Below are positions 52,289 to 63,746 of a stretch of 64,000 nucleotides of DNA, piece after piece. The DNA is from an uncultured Pseudomonadota bacterium (GTDB lineage: Bacteria > Pseudomonadota > Alphaproteobacteria > JACZXZ01): positions 1,120,001-1,184,000 of the forward strand of contig CAVVLJ010000017.1 of the NCBI GenBank assembly GCA_963749075.1, read 5' to 3'. A model generated the notes under the pieces. The model searched no databases. It was not told where the DNA came from and was given only the letters and a program-made list of their open reading frames with translations. A program made the translations under genes and the position numbers. How positions within the stretch are numbered: position 1 is the first letter of the stretch; every line of letters begins with the position of its first letter.

Positions 52289-53191
52289 ATGAGCCAAGCC
52301 CCGACCACGAGACGCGTGCTGACCGCGACCCTTGAGATCGCCTATGAGGAGAGCGGGCCCGCCGACGGGCGCCCGGTCATCCTGCTGCACGGCTTTCCCG
52401 ACGACCCGCGAACCTGGGACGGGGTTGCGGCCCCGCTCGCCGCGGCCGGTTACCGCACGCTCGTGCCCTATCTGCGCGGCTACGGCCCGACGCGCTTTCT
52501 CGAGACGGCGACGCCGCGCTCGGGCCAGCAGGCCGCACTCGGCCACGACCTCCTTGCCTTCATGGATGCGCTCGGCCTCGCGCGCGCGGTTCTCGTGGGC
52601 TACGACTGGGGCGGCCGCGCCGCCTGCATCGTGGCGGCGCTGTGGCCGCAGCGCGCAGCCGCCCTCGTCTCGATCGGCGGCTACAACATCCAGAACATCC
52701 CCAGGGCGAATGCGCCAGCCTCGGCGCGGCAGGAGCACCGCTTCTGGTACCAGTGGTACTTCCACACCGAGCGCGGCAAGGCCGGCCTCGAGGCGAACCG
52801 CCACGGCATCTGCCGCCTCCTCTGGGAGCTGTGGTCGCCCAACTGGCGCTTCGACGACGCGACCTATGCGCGGACGGCTGCCTCCTTCGACAATGCCGAT
52901 TTCGTCCCCGTCGTCATCCAGTCCTACCGCCACCGCTACGGTGCGGCACAAGGCGATCCGGCGCTCGAGCCGATCGAGGTCCGTCTTGCAGCACAACCGC
53001 GCATCGCCGTGCCGACGATCGTGCTGCACGGTGGCGCGGACGGCGTGGACCCGGCCGAGGACTCCGAGGGTGACGCGCGCTTCTTCACGGGGCCATATGA
53101 GCGGCGCGTGGTGCCCGTTGCCGGGCACTTCCTGCCGCGCGAGGCGCCGGACGAGGTGGTGCGCGCCGTCCTCGAGCTCGCCGCGGCGTGA
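52289..53191 (+). CDS. Alpha/beta hydrolase (epoxide hydrolase-like)
   Basis: LLHGFPD, LRGYG, GYDWGG, AGHFLPRE. Confidence 0.9.
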   Translation: MSQAPTTRRVLTATLEIAYEESGPADGRPVILLHGFPDDPRTWDGVAAPLAAAGYRTLVPYLRGYGPTRFLETATPRSGQQAALGHDLLAFMDALGLARAVLVGYDWGGRAACIVAALWPQRAAALVSIGGYNIQNIPRANAPASARQEHRFWYQWYFHTERGKAGLEANRHGICRLLWELWSPNWRFDDATYARTAASFDNADFVPVVIQSYRHRYGAAQGDPALEPIEVRLAAQPRIAVPTIVLHGGADGVDPAEDSEGDARFFTGPYERRVVPVAGHFLPREAPDEVVRAVLELAAA

Positions 53192-53260
53192 GGTGTGCCG
53201 CGTCTCGCGACTGTCACGAAAAAGCGCTAGAACCGGACTCGATCGAGCCGAGGGAATCGC

Positions 53261-54676
53261 ATGGCCGGGATAGGCCGCCGCCGCTTCATCCAGGGCAGTG
53301 CCGCCACAGCAGCACTCGCCGCCCTCGAGGCACCGCTGCCGGCGGAGGCCGCGGCGCCGCACCCCGCTGCCAAGCTCGCGGACATCGATCACATCATCGT
53401 CCTCATGAAGGAGAACCGCTCCTTCGACCATTATTTCGGCACGCTCGCGGGCGTGCGCGGCTTCGCGGACCGTGCTGCGCTCACGCTCCCCGACGGGCGC
53501 TCGGTCTTCGAGCAGCCGGACGCGCTCAATCCCCAAGGCCACGTGCTGCCCTTCAGGCTCGACACCAAGCGCACCCGGGCGCAGCGCCTGCACGCGCTGA
53601 GCCACGAATGGGGCGCCCTCCATGCCTCGTGGGACGGCGGCAAGATGGACAGCTGGGTCCCCGCCCACCGTGCGACGAACGGGCAAGATGGGCCCCTCAC
53701 GATGGGCTACCTCACGCGGGAGGACCTGCCGTTCTATCACGCGCTGGCCGATGCCTTCACGATCTGCGACGGCTATCACGCCTCGGTGATCGGTCCCACC
53801 CATCCCAACCGCTACTATCTGTGGACCGCCACCGTCGACCCGGAGGGCCGGCACGGCGGCCCGGCGATCGACAATAAGATCAGGCCCTACGACTGGGAGA
53901 CCTATCCGGAGCGCCTCGAGGCGGCCGGCATCTCGTGGCGCATCTACCACGACCTCGACGACTACAACTGCAATCTCTGCAAGTATTTCACCCAGTACCG
54001 CGGCCTGCCGGCGGGCTCGCCCTTGCGCGAGCAGGCGCTACGCAACCGGCCCTTCTACGAGCTCCTCGCCGATCTGCGCTCGGGCAACATCCCGCAGGTG
54101 AGCTGGATCGTGCCGCCCTCGACGGCGACCGAGCATCCCGACTACCTGCCGGCGGCCGGCGAGGACCACACGCGACAGGTGCTCGAGGCGCTGTGGTCCA
54201 ACCGGAGGCTCTGGTCGCGCACGCTCTTCATCCTCAATTACGACGAGAACGACGGCCTCTTCGATCACGTGGCACCGCCGCTGCCGCCGCCCGGCACGGC
54301 GGAGGAATATGTGGGCGCGCTGCCGATCGGGCTCGGCTTCCGCGTGCCATGCCTCCTCATCTCGCCCTTCACCCGCGGCGGCTACGTGACGAGCGAGACC
54401 TTCGACCACACCTCGACGCTCCGCCTGATGGAGGCGCGCTTCGGCGTCGAGGTCGCCAATCTGAGCCGCTGGCGGCGCGAGACCTGCGGCGATTTCACGC
54501 GCGCACTCGGCCTGGGCGAAGCCCCGCGTCTCGAGGTGCCGGCGCTGCCCCGGACCGCCGAGGCGCTGCGCACGGCCGAGCGCAACGTCATGCGCCTGCC
54601 GCCGCCCGAAGTGCCGCAAAAGCAGGCCATGCCGCGCCAGGAGCCCGGCACCCGGCGGCGCCGGATGGCAAGCTGA
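53261..54676 (+). CDS. Tat-exported phospholipase C / phosphoesterase
   Basis: GRRRFI Tat motif; ENRSFDHYFG, GPTHPNR, EHP, YDENDGLFDH, FDHTS. Confidence 0.9.
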   Translation: MAGIGRRRFIQGSAATAALAALEAPLPAEAAAPHPAAKLADIDHIIVLMKENRSFDHYFGTLAGVRGFADRAALTLPDGRSVFEQPDALNPQGHVLPFRLDTKRTRAQRLHALSHEWGALHASWDGGKMDSWVPAHRATNGQDGPLTMGYLTREDLPFYHALADAFTICDGYHASVIGPTHPNRYYLWTATVDPEGRHGGPAIDNKIRPYDWETYPERLEAAGISWRIYHDLDDYNCNLCKYFTQYRGLPAGSPLREQALRNRPFYELLADLRSGNIPQVSWIVPPSTATEHPDYLPAAGEDHTRQVLEALWSNRRLWSRTLFILNYDENDGLFDHVAPPLPPPGTAEEYVGALPIGLGFRVPCLLISPFTRGGYVTSETFDHTSTLRLMEARFGVEVANLSRWRRETCGDFTRALGLGEAPRLEVPALPRTAEALRTAERNVMRLPPPEVPQKQAMPRQEPGTRRRRMAS

Positions 54677-54684
54677 GCGCAGTC

Positions 54685-55185
54685 TTAACGCGCCGCGAGC
54701 GCACGAGAGCGGCCCGCGCGCGGGCGCCCGCGGACGCGCGGACGGTAGAGCGCCCAAAAGGTCTCCGGATTGCTCCTCATCGTCCGACATGCAATCTGCA
54801 AAGCGATCGGCAGCTTGTCGAGCTTCCTGTAGTTTTTTACCGTCCCCACGGTCACCCCGAATATATCGGCGGTTTCCCGGAGAGACAGCCCCATGACTCT
54901 CTGCCAGCGCTCGAGGTCCCGGCCGCTCATCGGCGTCTGCTCCGCGGCGAGATGGGCGAGCGAGGCGGCGGAAAAATCGAGGCCGCCCGGCCATTCGATG
55001 CCGCTGCCGTGCCCGGTCACTTTGGCTTGGGCGAAAAGCGCCACGTCCTTGAGCGGCGCAAAGGGCTCGAATCCATTGATCACGCCGGTCATATCGACGA
55101 TGCTGGCGCCGCCGTCGGCCCAGCTGAGGCGCAGCCGATGCCCCTCGGCGGCCTTGACGCGCGCCAGCCGCGGCAGCGGGCTCAC
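54685..55185 (-). CDS. DUF2442-domain antitoxin-like protein with a C-terminal HTH
   Basis: LRLSWADG..F.PLKD..F..IEWPGGLDF; GLSLRETADIFGVTVGTVKNY; coupled to the upstream gene. Confidence 0.78.
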   Translation of the reverse strand: MSPLPRLARVKAAEGHRLRLSWADGGASIVDMTGVINGFEPFAPLKDVALFAQAKVTGHGSGIEWPGGLDFSAASLAHLAAEQTPMSGRDLERWQRVMGLSLRETADIFGVTVGTVKNYRKLDKLPIALQIACRTMRSNPETFWALYRPRVRGRPRAGRSRALAAR

Positions 55186-55445
55186 GGCTCTCTCCCGGCG
55201 ATTGGTTGCTGTGGATTGCAGCGGTTCCATTCTTGCACCAGCAATGTCTTATTGGACGCCGCCCAGCTCATGACGCGCCGCCGGTCGGCCGCGCCCAGCG
55301 AGCCTTCCAAGACGCGGAAATCCACAACCGACACCAAAATTTCCCGCGTCGGGCTGACCGCATGGAAATGCGGCTCCTTGTGGCGGTCGGTGTCCCTGAA
55401 ATACACCCGGACCTCCACGTTGCCGAGCGTTGCCAGCCGAGGCAT
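55182..55445 (-). CDS. DUF4160-domain toxin-like protein
   Basis: MPRL..VRVYF.D..HKEPHFH...VMSWA..N...L..EW. Confidence 0.8.
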   Translation of the reverse strand: MPRLATLGNVEVRVYFRDTDRHKEPHFHAVSPTREILVSVVDFRVLEGSLGAADRRRVMSWAASNKTLLVQEWNRCNPQQPIAGREP

Positions 55446-55523
55446 GCCATCCCCCGCAAATATGGAGCAACCGCCGGCCGCAATCAATAATCTTGGCTAA
55501 AATTTGCCTAGGTTTATCCGGCC

Positions 55524-56303
55524 TCAGCCCTTCTCCACCAGCGCCATGTAGTTGACCGAGAGGTCGTCCGAGAGCGCGAAGCGGTCGGTGAGCGGGCTGT
55601 AGCGCACGCCGGTGAGCTCGGAGAGCCGCGCGCCCGAGGCGCGCAGCTCAGCCGCGAGCTCCGAGGGGCGCAGGAACTTCCGCCAGTCGTGGGTGCCGCG
55701 CGGCAGCCAGCCGAGGAGGTACTCGGCGCCGACGATGGCAAAGGCGAAGCTCTGGGGCGTGCGGTTGAGCGTGGCGACCACCATGATGCCGCGCGGCTTG
55801 AGGAGCTCGAGCGAGGCGGCGAGGAAGCCCTGCACGTCGGCCACGTGCTCGACCACCTCCATGTTGAGGACGATGTCGAAGCGCCGCCCGCCGGATGCCA
55901 GCTCCTCGGCGGTGGCGGCGCCGTAGTCGATCGCGAGTCCGCTCTCCGCCGCGTGCGCGCGCGCGGCCGCGATGCTGCCCGGCTCGGCGTCGATGCCGCT
56001 CACCTTGGCGCCGAGGCGCGCGAGCGGCTCGCAGAGGAGCCCGCCGCCGCAGCCGATGTCGAGGACCTCGAGCCCCTCGAGCGGCCGCAACGCCTTGGCA
56101 TCGCGGCCGAAATGGCTGGCCGCGCGCGCCCGCACGAAGGCCAGGCGCACCGGGTTGAGCTTGTGGAGCGGGCGGAAGGCGCCGCGCGGGTCCCACCAGG
56201 CCTTGGCCAAGCGGGCAAACCGGGCGATCTCGCCCGCGTCCACGCTGGGACTCACCTCCCCGCCCGGGCGGTGCGCGGGCTCGCCTGAGGGAGTGCGGCT
56301 CAT
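55524..56303 (-). CDS. ubiG: Ubiquinone biosynthesis O-methyltransferase
   Basis: [36 protein letters not shown]. Confidence 0.95.
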   Translation of the reverse strand: MSRTPSGEPAHRPGGEVSPSVDAGEIARFARLAKAWWDPRGAFRPLHKLNPVRLAFVRARAASHFGRDAKALRPLEGLEVLDIGCGGGLLCEPLARLGAKVSGIDAEPGSIAAARAHAAESGLAIDYGAATAEELASGGRRFDIVLNMEVVEHVADVQGFLAASLELLKPRGIMVVATLNRTPQSFAFAIVGAEYLLGWLPRGTHDWRKFLRPSELAAELRASGARLSELTGVRYSPLTDRFALSDDLSVNYMALVEKG

Positions 56304-56463
56304 CGCGGGCTCCATGACGGCTGCAGCGCCAGCGCGGGCTTGCGCCGGCCGCGGCAAATTCAGTATGTATTGACGCCCTTCCAGCGGCAACCCGGGCGCA
56401 TCGGCGAAACTCTCGAAGTTCCTCTCCCGAGCAAAGACGAGAGCGGGCGGAGGGTCAAGGTGC

Positions 56464-57684
56464 ATGGCGCGAATCGTGCAAAAATACGGCGGCACCTCGG
56501 TCGCCGACATGGAGCGAATCAGGCACGTGGCGCGCCGCGTCAAGGCGGAGGTGGACGCCGGCCACGAGCTCGCCGTCGTGGTCTCGGCCATGGCCGGCGA
56601 GACGGACAAGCTGGTGGCGCTCACCCAGGAGGCGGCGGCCCTCCACGACGCCCGCGAGTACGACGTCGTGGTCTCCTCGGGCGAGCAGGTCACGGCCGGC
56701 CTCCTTGCCATCGCCCTTCAGGACGAGGGCGTGCAGGCGCGCTCGTGGCTCGGCTGGCAGATCCCGATCGCGACCGACGGCGTGCACGGCCGGGCGCGCA
56801 TCGAGGGCATCGAGGGCGCCGAGCTCCTCCGCCGCATGGGCGAGGGCCAGGTCGCGGTGGTGGCGGGCTTCCAGGGCATCGGCCCCGACGGCCGCATCAC
56901 GACGCTCGGGCGCGGCGGCTCGGACACCTCGGCGGTGGCGCTCGCGGCCGCCCTCAAGGCGGACCGCTGCGACATCCTCAAGGACGTGGAGGGCATCTAT
57001 ACCGCCGATCCGCGCATCGTTGCGAAGGCGCGCAAGCTCGCTAGAATCACCTACGAGGAGATGCTGGAGATGGCCTCCCTCGGCGCCAAGGTGCTGCAGA
57101 CCCGCGCCATCGAGATGGCCATGAAGCACCACGTGCGCCTGCAGGTGGTGTCGAGCTTCAACAACGAGCCGGGAACGCTCGTCGTAGACGAGGACGAGAT
57201 CGTGGAAAAAGCAGTCGTCAGCGGCCTCACCTACAACCGGGGCGAGGCCAAGATCACGCTCGCGGGCGTGGCCGACCGTCCCGGCGTCGCCGCCGGCATC
57301 TTCGGCCCGCTCGCCGAGGCCAACATCAACGTCGACATGATCGTGCAAGGCTCCTCGGAGGACGGCCATACGACCGACCTCACCTTCACGGTGGCGAAGG
57401 GCGACTTGAGCCAGGCGGTCACCGTGCTCGAGGGTGAGCGCGCCAAGCTCGGCTATGCGCGCCTCGTGTCCGATCCCAACGTGGTCAAGGTCTCGGTCAT
57501 CGGCGTCGGCATGCGCAGCCACGCGGGCGTCGCCCAGGAGATGTTCAAGGCGCTCTCCCGCGAAGGCATCAACATCCAGGTGATCTCGACCTCCGAGATC
57601 AAGGTGAGCGTGCTCATCGACGAGAAATACACCGAACTGGCGCTCAGGGCGCTCCACTCGGCCTACGGCCTGGACGCCGTCTGA
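56464..57684 (+). CDS. lysC: Aspartate kinase
   Basis: [25 protein letters not shown], two ACT domains, ISTSEIK. Confidence 0.96.
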   Translation: MARIVQKYGGTSVADMERIRHVARRVKAEVDAGHELAVVVSAMAGETDKLVALTQEAAALHDAREYDVVVSSGEQVTAGLLAIALQDEGVQARSWLGWQIPIATDGVHGRARIEGIEGAELLRRMGEGQVAVVAGFQGIGPDGRITTLGRGGSDTSAVALAAALKADRCDILKDVEGIYTADPRIVAKARKLARITYEEMLEMASLGAKVLQTRAIEMAMKHHVRLQVVSSFNNEPGTLVVDEDEIVEKAVVSGLTYNRGEAKITLAGVADRPGVAAGIFGPLAEANINVDMIVQGSSEDGHTTDLTFTVAKGDLSQAVTVLEGERAKLGYARLVSDPNVVKVSVIGVGMRSHAGVAQEMFKALSREGINIQVISTSEIKVSVLIDEKYTELALRALHSAYGLDAV

Positions 57685-57688
57685 GGCC

Positions 57689-58729
57689 ATGGACCTCGTG
57701 AGCGCCCGCGCGCGTCTCGACGAGCTCTGGCGGCGCGGCACCGAGTTCCTCGGCTGCCGCTATGCGCTCATGGGCGGTGCGATGACCTGGGTCAGCGAGC
57801 GCCATCTCGTGGCGGCGATCTCGAATGCCGGCGGCTTCGGCGTGATCGCCTGCGGCGCCATGACGCCGGAGGCGCTCGCCCAAGAGATCGCCGGCACCGC
57901 TCAGCTCACGGAGCGCCCCTTCGGCGTCAACCTCATCGTCATGCACCCGGCTCTCGAGGCGCTCGTCGAGGCCTCCTTGGCCGGCCGCGTCGGCCACGTG
58001 GTCTTCGCAGGCGGCCTGCCGCCGCGCGCGTACCTTCAGAAGGTGAAGGCCGCGGGCGCCAAGGCGATGGCGTTTGCATCCGGGCTCGCGATCGCGAAAA
58101 AGCTCGTGCGCATGGAGATCGACGGCATCGTCATCGAGGGAGCGGAGGCCGGCGGGCACATCGGCCCGGTCACCACCTCGGTCCTGGCGCAGGAGATCCT
58201 GCCGGCGGTGCTCGAGGTGCCGGTGTTCGTCGCCGGCGGCATCGGGCGCGGCGAGGCGGTGCTCTCCTATCTCGAGATGGGGGCGTCGGGCTGCCAGCTC
58301 GGCACGCGCTTCGTCTGCGCGCGCGAGTCGATCGCCCACCCCAACTTCAAGAAGGCCTTCATCCGCGCCGCCGCGCGCGACGCGGTGCCCTCGATCCAGC
58401 TCGACCGGCGCTTCCCGGTGATCCCGGTGCGCGCGATCGCCAACCGCGCCACCGAGCGCTTCCTCGACGCGCAGCGCGACGTCATCGCGCGCTACAATCG
58501 CGGCGAGCTCGCCAAGGTGGCGGCCCAGCTCGAGATCGAGCACTTCTGGGCCGGCTCGCTCAGGCGCGCCGTGGTGGAGGGCGACGTGGAGAGCGGCTCG
58601 CTCATGGCCGGGCAGAGCGTGGGCATGGTGACGCGCGAGCAGTCGACGGCCGAGATCATCGAGGAGCTCGTGGACCAGGCGCTGGCGGCGCTCATGGCAA
58701 GGGGGCGGCGCGAGGCCGCAAGCCGATGA
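57689..58729 (+). CDS. Nitronate monooxygenase / FabK-like flavin oxidoreductase
   Basis: GGAMTWVS, EGAEAGGHIG, AGGIG, QLGTRF, SLMAGQSVG. Confidence 0.85.
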   Translation: MDLVSARARLDELWRRGTEFLGCRYALMGGAMTWVSERHLVAAISNAGGFGVIACGAMTPEALAQEIAGTAQLTERPFGVNLIVMHPALEALVEASLAGRVGHVVFAGGLPPRAYLQKVKAAGAKAMAFASGLAIAKKLVRMEIDGIVIEGAEAGGHIGPVTTSVLAQEILPAVLEVPVFVAGGIGRGEAVLSYLEMGASGCQLGTRFVCARESIAHPNFKKAFIRAAARDAVPSIQLDRRFPVIPVRAIANRATERFLDAQRDVIARYNRGELAKVAAQLEIEHFWAGSLRRAVVEGDVESGSLMAGQSVGMVTREQSTAEIIEELVDQALAALMARGRREAASR

Positions 58730-60996
58730 GCGAGAGCGCCGGCCTCGTCGGCACGCGCAGACTGCTGAAGCGCCTGCGCGATGTCATGGCCGCGGGCGGC
58801 GCCGCGCAAGCGCGCCTCGACCAGATCGTGCGCCTCATCGCCGGCGAGCTCGTGGCCGAGGTGTGCTCGATCTACGTGATGCGCGCCGGCGAGGTGCTCG
58901 AGCTCTTCGCCACCGAAGGCCTCAAGCGCGAGGCCGTGCACCGCACGCGCCTGCGCGTGGGCGAGGGCCTCGTCGGCGACATCGCAGCTCAGCGCCAGCC
59001 CGGCAGCTTCCCCGACGCCCAGCACCACCCCAAGTTCGCCTACCGCCCCGAGACCGGCGAGGAGATCTACCGCTCGCTCGTGGGAGCACCCATTCTGCGC
59101 GACGGCCGCGTCATCGGCGTGCTCGTGGTGCAGAACCGCACCCAGCGCCTCTATACCGAGGAGGAAGTCGAGACCCTCGAGACGGTGGCCATGGTGCTCG
59201 CCGAGATGCTGGCGACGGGCGAGCTCGTGAGCCCGGCCGAGCTCACGCCGACCGACGGCATCGCCCTCCTCCCCGTGCGGCTCGAAGGCATCTCGATCAA
59301 CGGCGGCGTCGCCATCGGCCGTGCCGTGCTGCACCACCGGCGCATCCTCATCCGCCAGGTGGTGGCCGAGGACCCCCAGGCCGAGCTGGCGCGCCTCGAC
59401 GCCGCACTCGCCGGCCTGAGGACGGCGCTCGATGCGCTCGCCGCCTCGCCCGACATGGCGCCCCACGGCGAGCACCGCGAGGTGCTCGAGACCTACCGCG
59501 CCGTGGCCGGCGACCGCGGTTGGCTGAGACGCATGCGCGAGGCGGTGCTCACGGGGCTCTCGGCCGAGGCCGCGGTGCAGCGCGTGCAGAACGACATGCG
59601 CAACCGCATGGCGCAGGTGAGCGATCCCTTCTTCCGCGAGCGCCTGGCCGAGCTCGCCGACCTCACCAACCGGCTTTTGCTTCACCTGGGCGCCGTCGAC
59701 GAGCAGCCGGCGCTCGGCGAGACGCCGGAGGAGATCATCGTGGTCGCGCACGACATGAGCCCGACCGACCTTCTCGACTACGATCGCCGCAGGCTCAAGG
59801 GTCTCGTCCTCGAGGAAGGCGCTCCCACCTCCCACGTGGCGATCATCGCGCGCGCCATCGACATCCCGGTCATCGGCCGGGTGCGCGAGGCCTTCAACAA
59901 GATCGACATGCTCGATCCGCTCATCCTCGACGGCGAGCGCGGCGTCGTCTACCTGCGTCCCGGCGAGGACGTGCAGCAGAGCTTCTCGGAGAGCGTGCGC
60001 ATCAGCGCCGAGCGGGCAGCGGCCTATGCGGCGGCGCGCAACCTGCCCTCCACCTCGCTCGACGGCGTACGCGTGGGCCTCCACATCAACGCGGGCCTCC
60101 TCATCGACATGCCGCATCTCCACGAGAGCGCCGCCGACGGCATCGGGCTCTACCGCACCGAGCTTCTCTTCATGGTGCGGCCGAACTTCCCCTCGGTCGC
60201 CGAGCAGACCCAGGTCTATGCCCGGGTGCTCGACCTCGCGCGCGGCAAGCCCGTCGTCTTCCGCACCCTCGACGTGGGCGGCGACAAGGCGCTGCCCTAT
60301 CTCCCCGACGACCGCGAGGAGAACCCGGCGATGGGCTGGCGTGCCATCCGCATCGGGCTCGACCGCCCGGCCATGCTGCGCCAGCAGCTGCGCGCCCTCA
60401 TCCGGGCCGCGGCCGGACGCGAGCTCCATGTGATGTTTCCCATGATCGCCGAGGTCGCCGAGTTCGCCCGCGCGCGGGGCATTCTGGCGCTCGAGCTCGC
60501 GCACGAGAAGGCGCTCGGCACGCCGTTGCCGAGCGCCTTGCGCGTGGGCGCCATGCTGGAGGTGCCCTCGCTCGTCTATCAGCTCCCCGCCCTTCTCGCG
60601 CGCGTCGATTTCCTCTCGATCGGCAGCAACGACCTCCTGCAGTTCCACTTCGCGGTCGACCGCACCAACCCGCGCCTGGCCGAGCGCTACGACATGCTGT
60701 CGCCCTCGGCGCTCAGCATGCTTCGCCGCATCATCGTCGGCTGCTCGAAGCTCGGGGTGGCGCTCAGCCTGTGCGGCGAGGCGGGCGCGCGGCCGCTCGA
60801 GGCGATGGCGCTCGTGGGCTTGGGCTTGCGCAATCTCTCGGTGCCGCCGCCGGCGGTAGGCGCGGTCAAGATGATGGTGCGGAGCCTCAAGGTGGCGCCC
60901 CTTGCCGCCTATCTCGGGACGCTCCTGGGGCTGCCCGATCGCTCGCTGCGCGACAAGCTCAAGGATTATGCGCTGGACCACGGCATTGCCATCTAA
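58726..60996 (+). CDS. ptsP: PTS enzyme I-Ntr (GAF + PEP-protein phosphotransferase)
   Basis: N-terminal GAF, TSHVAI, GIGLYRTE, RTLDVGGDK, SIGSNDL. Confidence 0.95.
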   Translation: MSESAGLVGTRRLLKRLRDVMAAGGAAQARLDQIVRLIAGELVAEVCSIYVMRAGEVLELFATEGLKREAVHRTRLRVGEGLVGDIAAQRQPGSFPDAQHHPKFAYRPETGEEIYRSLVGAPILRDGRVIGVLVVQNRTQRLYTEEEVETLETVAMVLAEMLATGELVSPAELTPTDGIALLPVRLEGISINGGVAIGRAVLHHRRILIRQVVAEDPQAELARLDAALAGLRTALDALAASPDMAPHGEHREVLETYRAVAGDRGWLRRMREAVLTGLSAEAAVQRVQNDMRNRMAQVSDPFFRERLAELADLTNRLLLHLGAVDEQPALGETPEEIIVVAHDMSPTDLLDYDRRRLKGLVLEEGAPTSHVAIIARAIDIPVIGRVREAFNKIDMLDPLILDGERGVVYLRPGEDVQQSFSESVRISAERAAAYAAARNLPSTSLDGVRVGLHINAGLLIDMPHLHESAADGIGLYRTELLFMVRPNFPSVAEQTQVYARVLDLARGKPVVFRTLDVGGDKALPYLPDDREENPAMGWRAIRIGLDRPAMLRQQLRALIRAAAGRELHVMFPMIAEVAEFARARGILALELAHEKALGTPLPSALRVGAMLEVPSLVYQLPALLARVDFLSIGSNDLLQFHFAVDRTNPRLAERYDMLSPSALSMLRRIIVGCSKLGVALSLCGEAGARPLEAMALVGLGLRNLSVPPPAVGAVKMMVRSLKVAPLAAYLGTLLGLPDRSLRDKLKDYALDHGIAI

Positions 60997-61160
60997 TACG
61001 TTGATCAGGAGCGCCTTCCTTTGCTAAGAGCTAGTCTCGGGCTGGAAGTGCTTGTCCATCCGGCCGGTGTTTCGCGTCGTGCGGTGCGTGGGGCAATCCG
61101 CGGCGGCTAAGCCCGCGGGTCGGCAGGTGGGTCAGGGCTGTTGAAGGCAGGTCACGCACC

Positions 61161-62405
61161 ATGGCTGAGCCGAAGCGTCAGCACATCGGCATTGAAGATC
61201 GCCTGGCGGCCGCGCGCGATCCCGGCCCGCGTTTCCGCGAGCCCGGCGGCGTCGCGGCGGTGCTGCACGGGGCGCGGCTGCAGGCCGGCCTCGGCCTCGA
61301 GGACGTAGCCGCGACGCTGCGCATCCAGCACCGCTACCTCCAGGCCATCGAGGACGGGCGTTTTCAGGATCTCCCGGGGCCCACTTACGCGCTCGGCTTC
61401 GTTCGCGCCTACGCCGAGTTTCTCCAGCTCGACGTGAAGGAGGTCATACGGCGCTTCAAGGACGAGGCGCGCGGGCTGAGCCACCGCCAGGCCCTCGTCT
61501 TCCCGGAGCCGCTGCAGGAGGGCCGCTTCCCCGGCGGCGCCGTCCTCATGGTCGCCATCGTTCTCGCAGCGGCGGTCTATGGCGGCTGGTACTATTGGGA
61601 GCACCGGCAGCTCAGCCTGTCGGACGAGGTGCCCACGGTGCCGGAGAGCATCGCCAATCTCGCGGCCAGCAAGCCGCAGGTACCGGCCGTGAGCGCCGCC
61701 GACAGCGCGGCAGCGCCTTCGGAGGCCCAGGCAAGCAGCGGAGAGCCGCCTCTGCGGCCCGCCGCGCAAGGCGAGCTGCCGCCCGCCGCCGCCGCCGCGC
61801 GAGGCGCTGCCGCGACGGCGGCACCCGGCGGCCAGGCTGCCGGGGCCACGAGCGCCCCTCCCTCCTCCACCGGCCAGCCTGCCGCGGCGGCCAATCCGGC
61901 CCCGGCAAGCCCGCCCGCCGCTGCCGGGAAGCTCGTCCTCAAACCGCCGGAGGGGCTGGTCGGCAGCGATTCGGCGCGGCCACCGGGCGCCCAGGCGAGC
62001 GTTGCGGCCCCTGCGGCCCCTGCGGCAACGGCACCGGGCGGCTACCAGGCGGCACCCGCGGCCCCGCCCGTCCCCGACCAGCTCGCCGCCTTAAAGCCCG
62101 GCGAGCCGCGCGTCTACGGCGAGAACAACGCGGATTCGCGCGTCACGCTGACCGCACGCCAGGACAGCTGGGTCCAGGTGCGCGACAAGGACAGCAACGT
62201 GATCTGGACCCGCATCTTGAGGCCGGGCGACAGCTACCGCGTGCCGAACCAGCCGGGCTTGAGCCTGGTGACCGGCAACGCAGGCGCCCTCGAGGTGACC
62301 GTCGACGGCAAGCCGGCGCCGCCCTTGGGTGGCGTCGGCGTCGTGCGGCGCAACATCACCCTCGATCCCGACAAGCTCGCGGCCGGGACGGCGCCGAGCC
62401 AATAG
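61161..62405 (+). CDS. rodZ: RodZ-like cytoskeleton protein (HTH-TM-DUF4115)
   Basis: LRIQHRYLQAIEDG..LPGPTYALGFVRAYA, TM segment, SWVQVRD..GNAGAL; rodZ-ispG-hisS synteny. Confidence 0.88.
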   Translation: MAEPKRQHIGIEDRLAAARDPGPRFREPGGVAAVLHGARLQAGLGLEDVAATLRIQHRYLQAIEDGRFQDLPGPTYALGFVRAYAEFLQLDVKEVIRRFKDEARGLSHRQALVFPEPLQEGRFPGGAVLMVAIVLAAAVYGGWYYWEHRQLSLSDEVPTVPESIANLAASKPQVPAVSAADSAAAPSEAQASSGEPPLRPAAQGELPPAAAAARGAAATAAPGGQAAGATSAPPSSTGQPAAAANPAPASPPAAAGKLVLKPPEGLVGSDSARPPGAQASVAAPAAPAATAPGGYQAAPAAPPVPDQLAALKPGEPRVYGENNADSRVTLTARQDSWVQVRDKDSNVIWTRILRPGDSYRVPNQPGLSLVTGNAGALEVTVDGKPAPPLGGVGVVRRNITLDPDKLAAGTAPSQ

Positions 62406-62589
62406 GCGGCATTCCGCGACGGACTTGTGACAGTGCCGACGCGCGCCTGAGGCCCGCCGCTTGGCGGGGGCGGATGGCCGAACCATATGATAGTCGGCTG
62501 CCACGCGCGCCGCCGCGCGCTGGCCTGCCGCCGGCTTTTGCGTTATAACGCGGCTCGGCACTGCGAGCGCAATCCCCGAGGGACCGATC

Positions 62590-63732
62590 ATGAGCGTCCG
62601 CCCCTATCGCGACATCGTCCGGCGCAAGAGCCGCAAGATCATGGTGGGCGGCGTCCCCGTCGGCGGCGACGCGCCGATCTCCGTGCAGTCCATGACCAAC
62701 ACGCTCACGGCCGACGCCGAGGCGACGATCGAGCAGATCCGCGGCCTCGAGGCCGCCGGTGCCGATATCGTGCGGGTCTCCTGCCCGGACGAGGAGTCGA
62801 CGGCTGCCTTGAAAGAGATCGTGGCTGCCGCCAAAGCGCCGATCGTGGCCGACATCCACTTCCACTACAAGCGCGCCATCGAGGCGGCCCAAGCGGGTGC
62901 CGCGTGCCTGCGCGTCAATCCGGGCAACATCGGCGGCCAGGCGCGCGTGCGCGAGGTGGTCAAGGCGGCGCGCGACCACGGCTGCTCCATGCGCATCGGG
63001 GTCAATGCCGGCAGCCTCGAGAAGGAGCTCCTCGAGCGCTACGGCGAGCCCTGCCCCGAGGCGATGATCGAGAGCGCCCTCAACCATGCCAAGATGCTCG
63101 AGGACGAGGACTTCACCGAGTTCAAGATCAGCGTGAAGGCCTCCGACGTGTTCCTCGCCGTCGCCGCCTACCAGGGCCTGGCGGACGCCTGCGACTATCC
63201 CCTCCATCTCGGCGTCACCGAGGCGGGGGCGCTCAGGTCCGGGACGATCAAATCGTCGATCGGCATCGGCTCGCTCCTGTGGGCCGGCATCGGCGACACC
63301 ATCCGCGTCTCGCTCTCGGCCGAGCCGGTCGAGGAGATCAAGGTCGGCTTCGACATCCTGAAGTCGCTGGGCTTGCGCCACCGCGGCGTCAACATCATCT
63401 CCTGCCCCTCCTGCGCGCGCCAGAACTTCAACGTCATCCCGACCGTCGAGAAGCTGGAGAAGCGCATCGCGCACATCACCACGCCGATGACGCTCTCGGT
63501 GATCGGCTGCGTGGTGAACGGGCCGGGCGAGGCGCGCGAGACCATGATCGGCCTCACCGGCGGGGGCAAGCGCTCGCACCAGGTCTACATCAACGGCGAG
63601 CGGCACCACGTGCTGCACGGCTCCGACGACGAGATCGTCGACCATCTGGTGGCGCTCGTGGAGAAGCGCGCCGCCGAGCTCGAGGCCGAAAAGGCGAAGA
63701 AAGAGACGGTACCGCTGAGCGCCGCGGTATAA
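62590..63732 (+). CDS. ispG: HMBPP synthase
   Basis: [33 protein letters not shown]. Confidence 0.97.
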   Translation: MSVRPYRDIVRRKSRKIMVGGVPVGGDAPISVQSMTNTLTADAEATIEQIRGLEAAGADIVRVSCPDEESTAALKEIVAAAKAPIVADIHFHYKRAIEAAQAGAACLRVNPGNIGGQARVREVVKAARDHGCSMRIGVNAGSLEKELLERYGEPCPEAMIESALNHAKMLEDEDFTEFKISVKASDVFLAVAAYQGLADACDYPLHLGVTEAGALRSGTIKSSIGIGSLLWAGIGDTIRVSLSAEPVEEIKVGFDILKSLGLRHRGVNIISCPSCARQNFNVIPTVEKLEKRIAHITTPMTLSVIGCVVNGPGEARETMIGLTGGGKRSHQVYINGERHHVLHGSDDEIVDHLVALVEKRAAELEAEKAKKETVPLSAAV

Positions 63733-63746
63733 CCACGGAGATCCCC

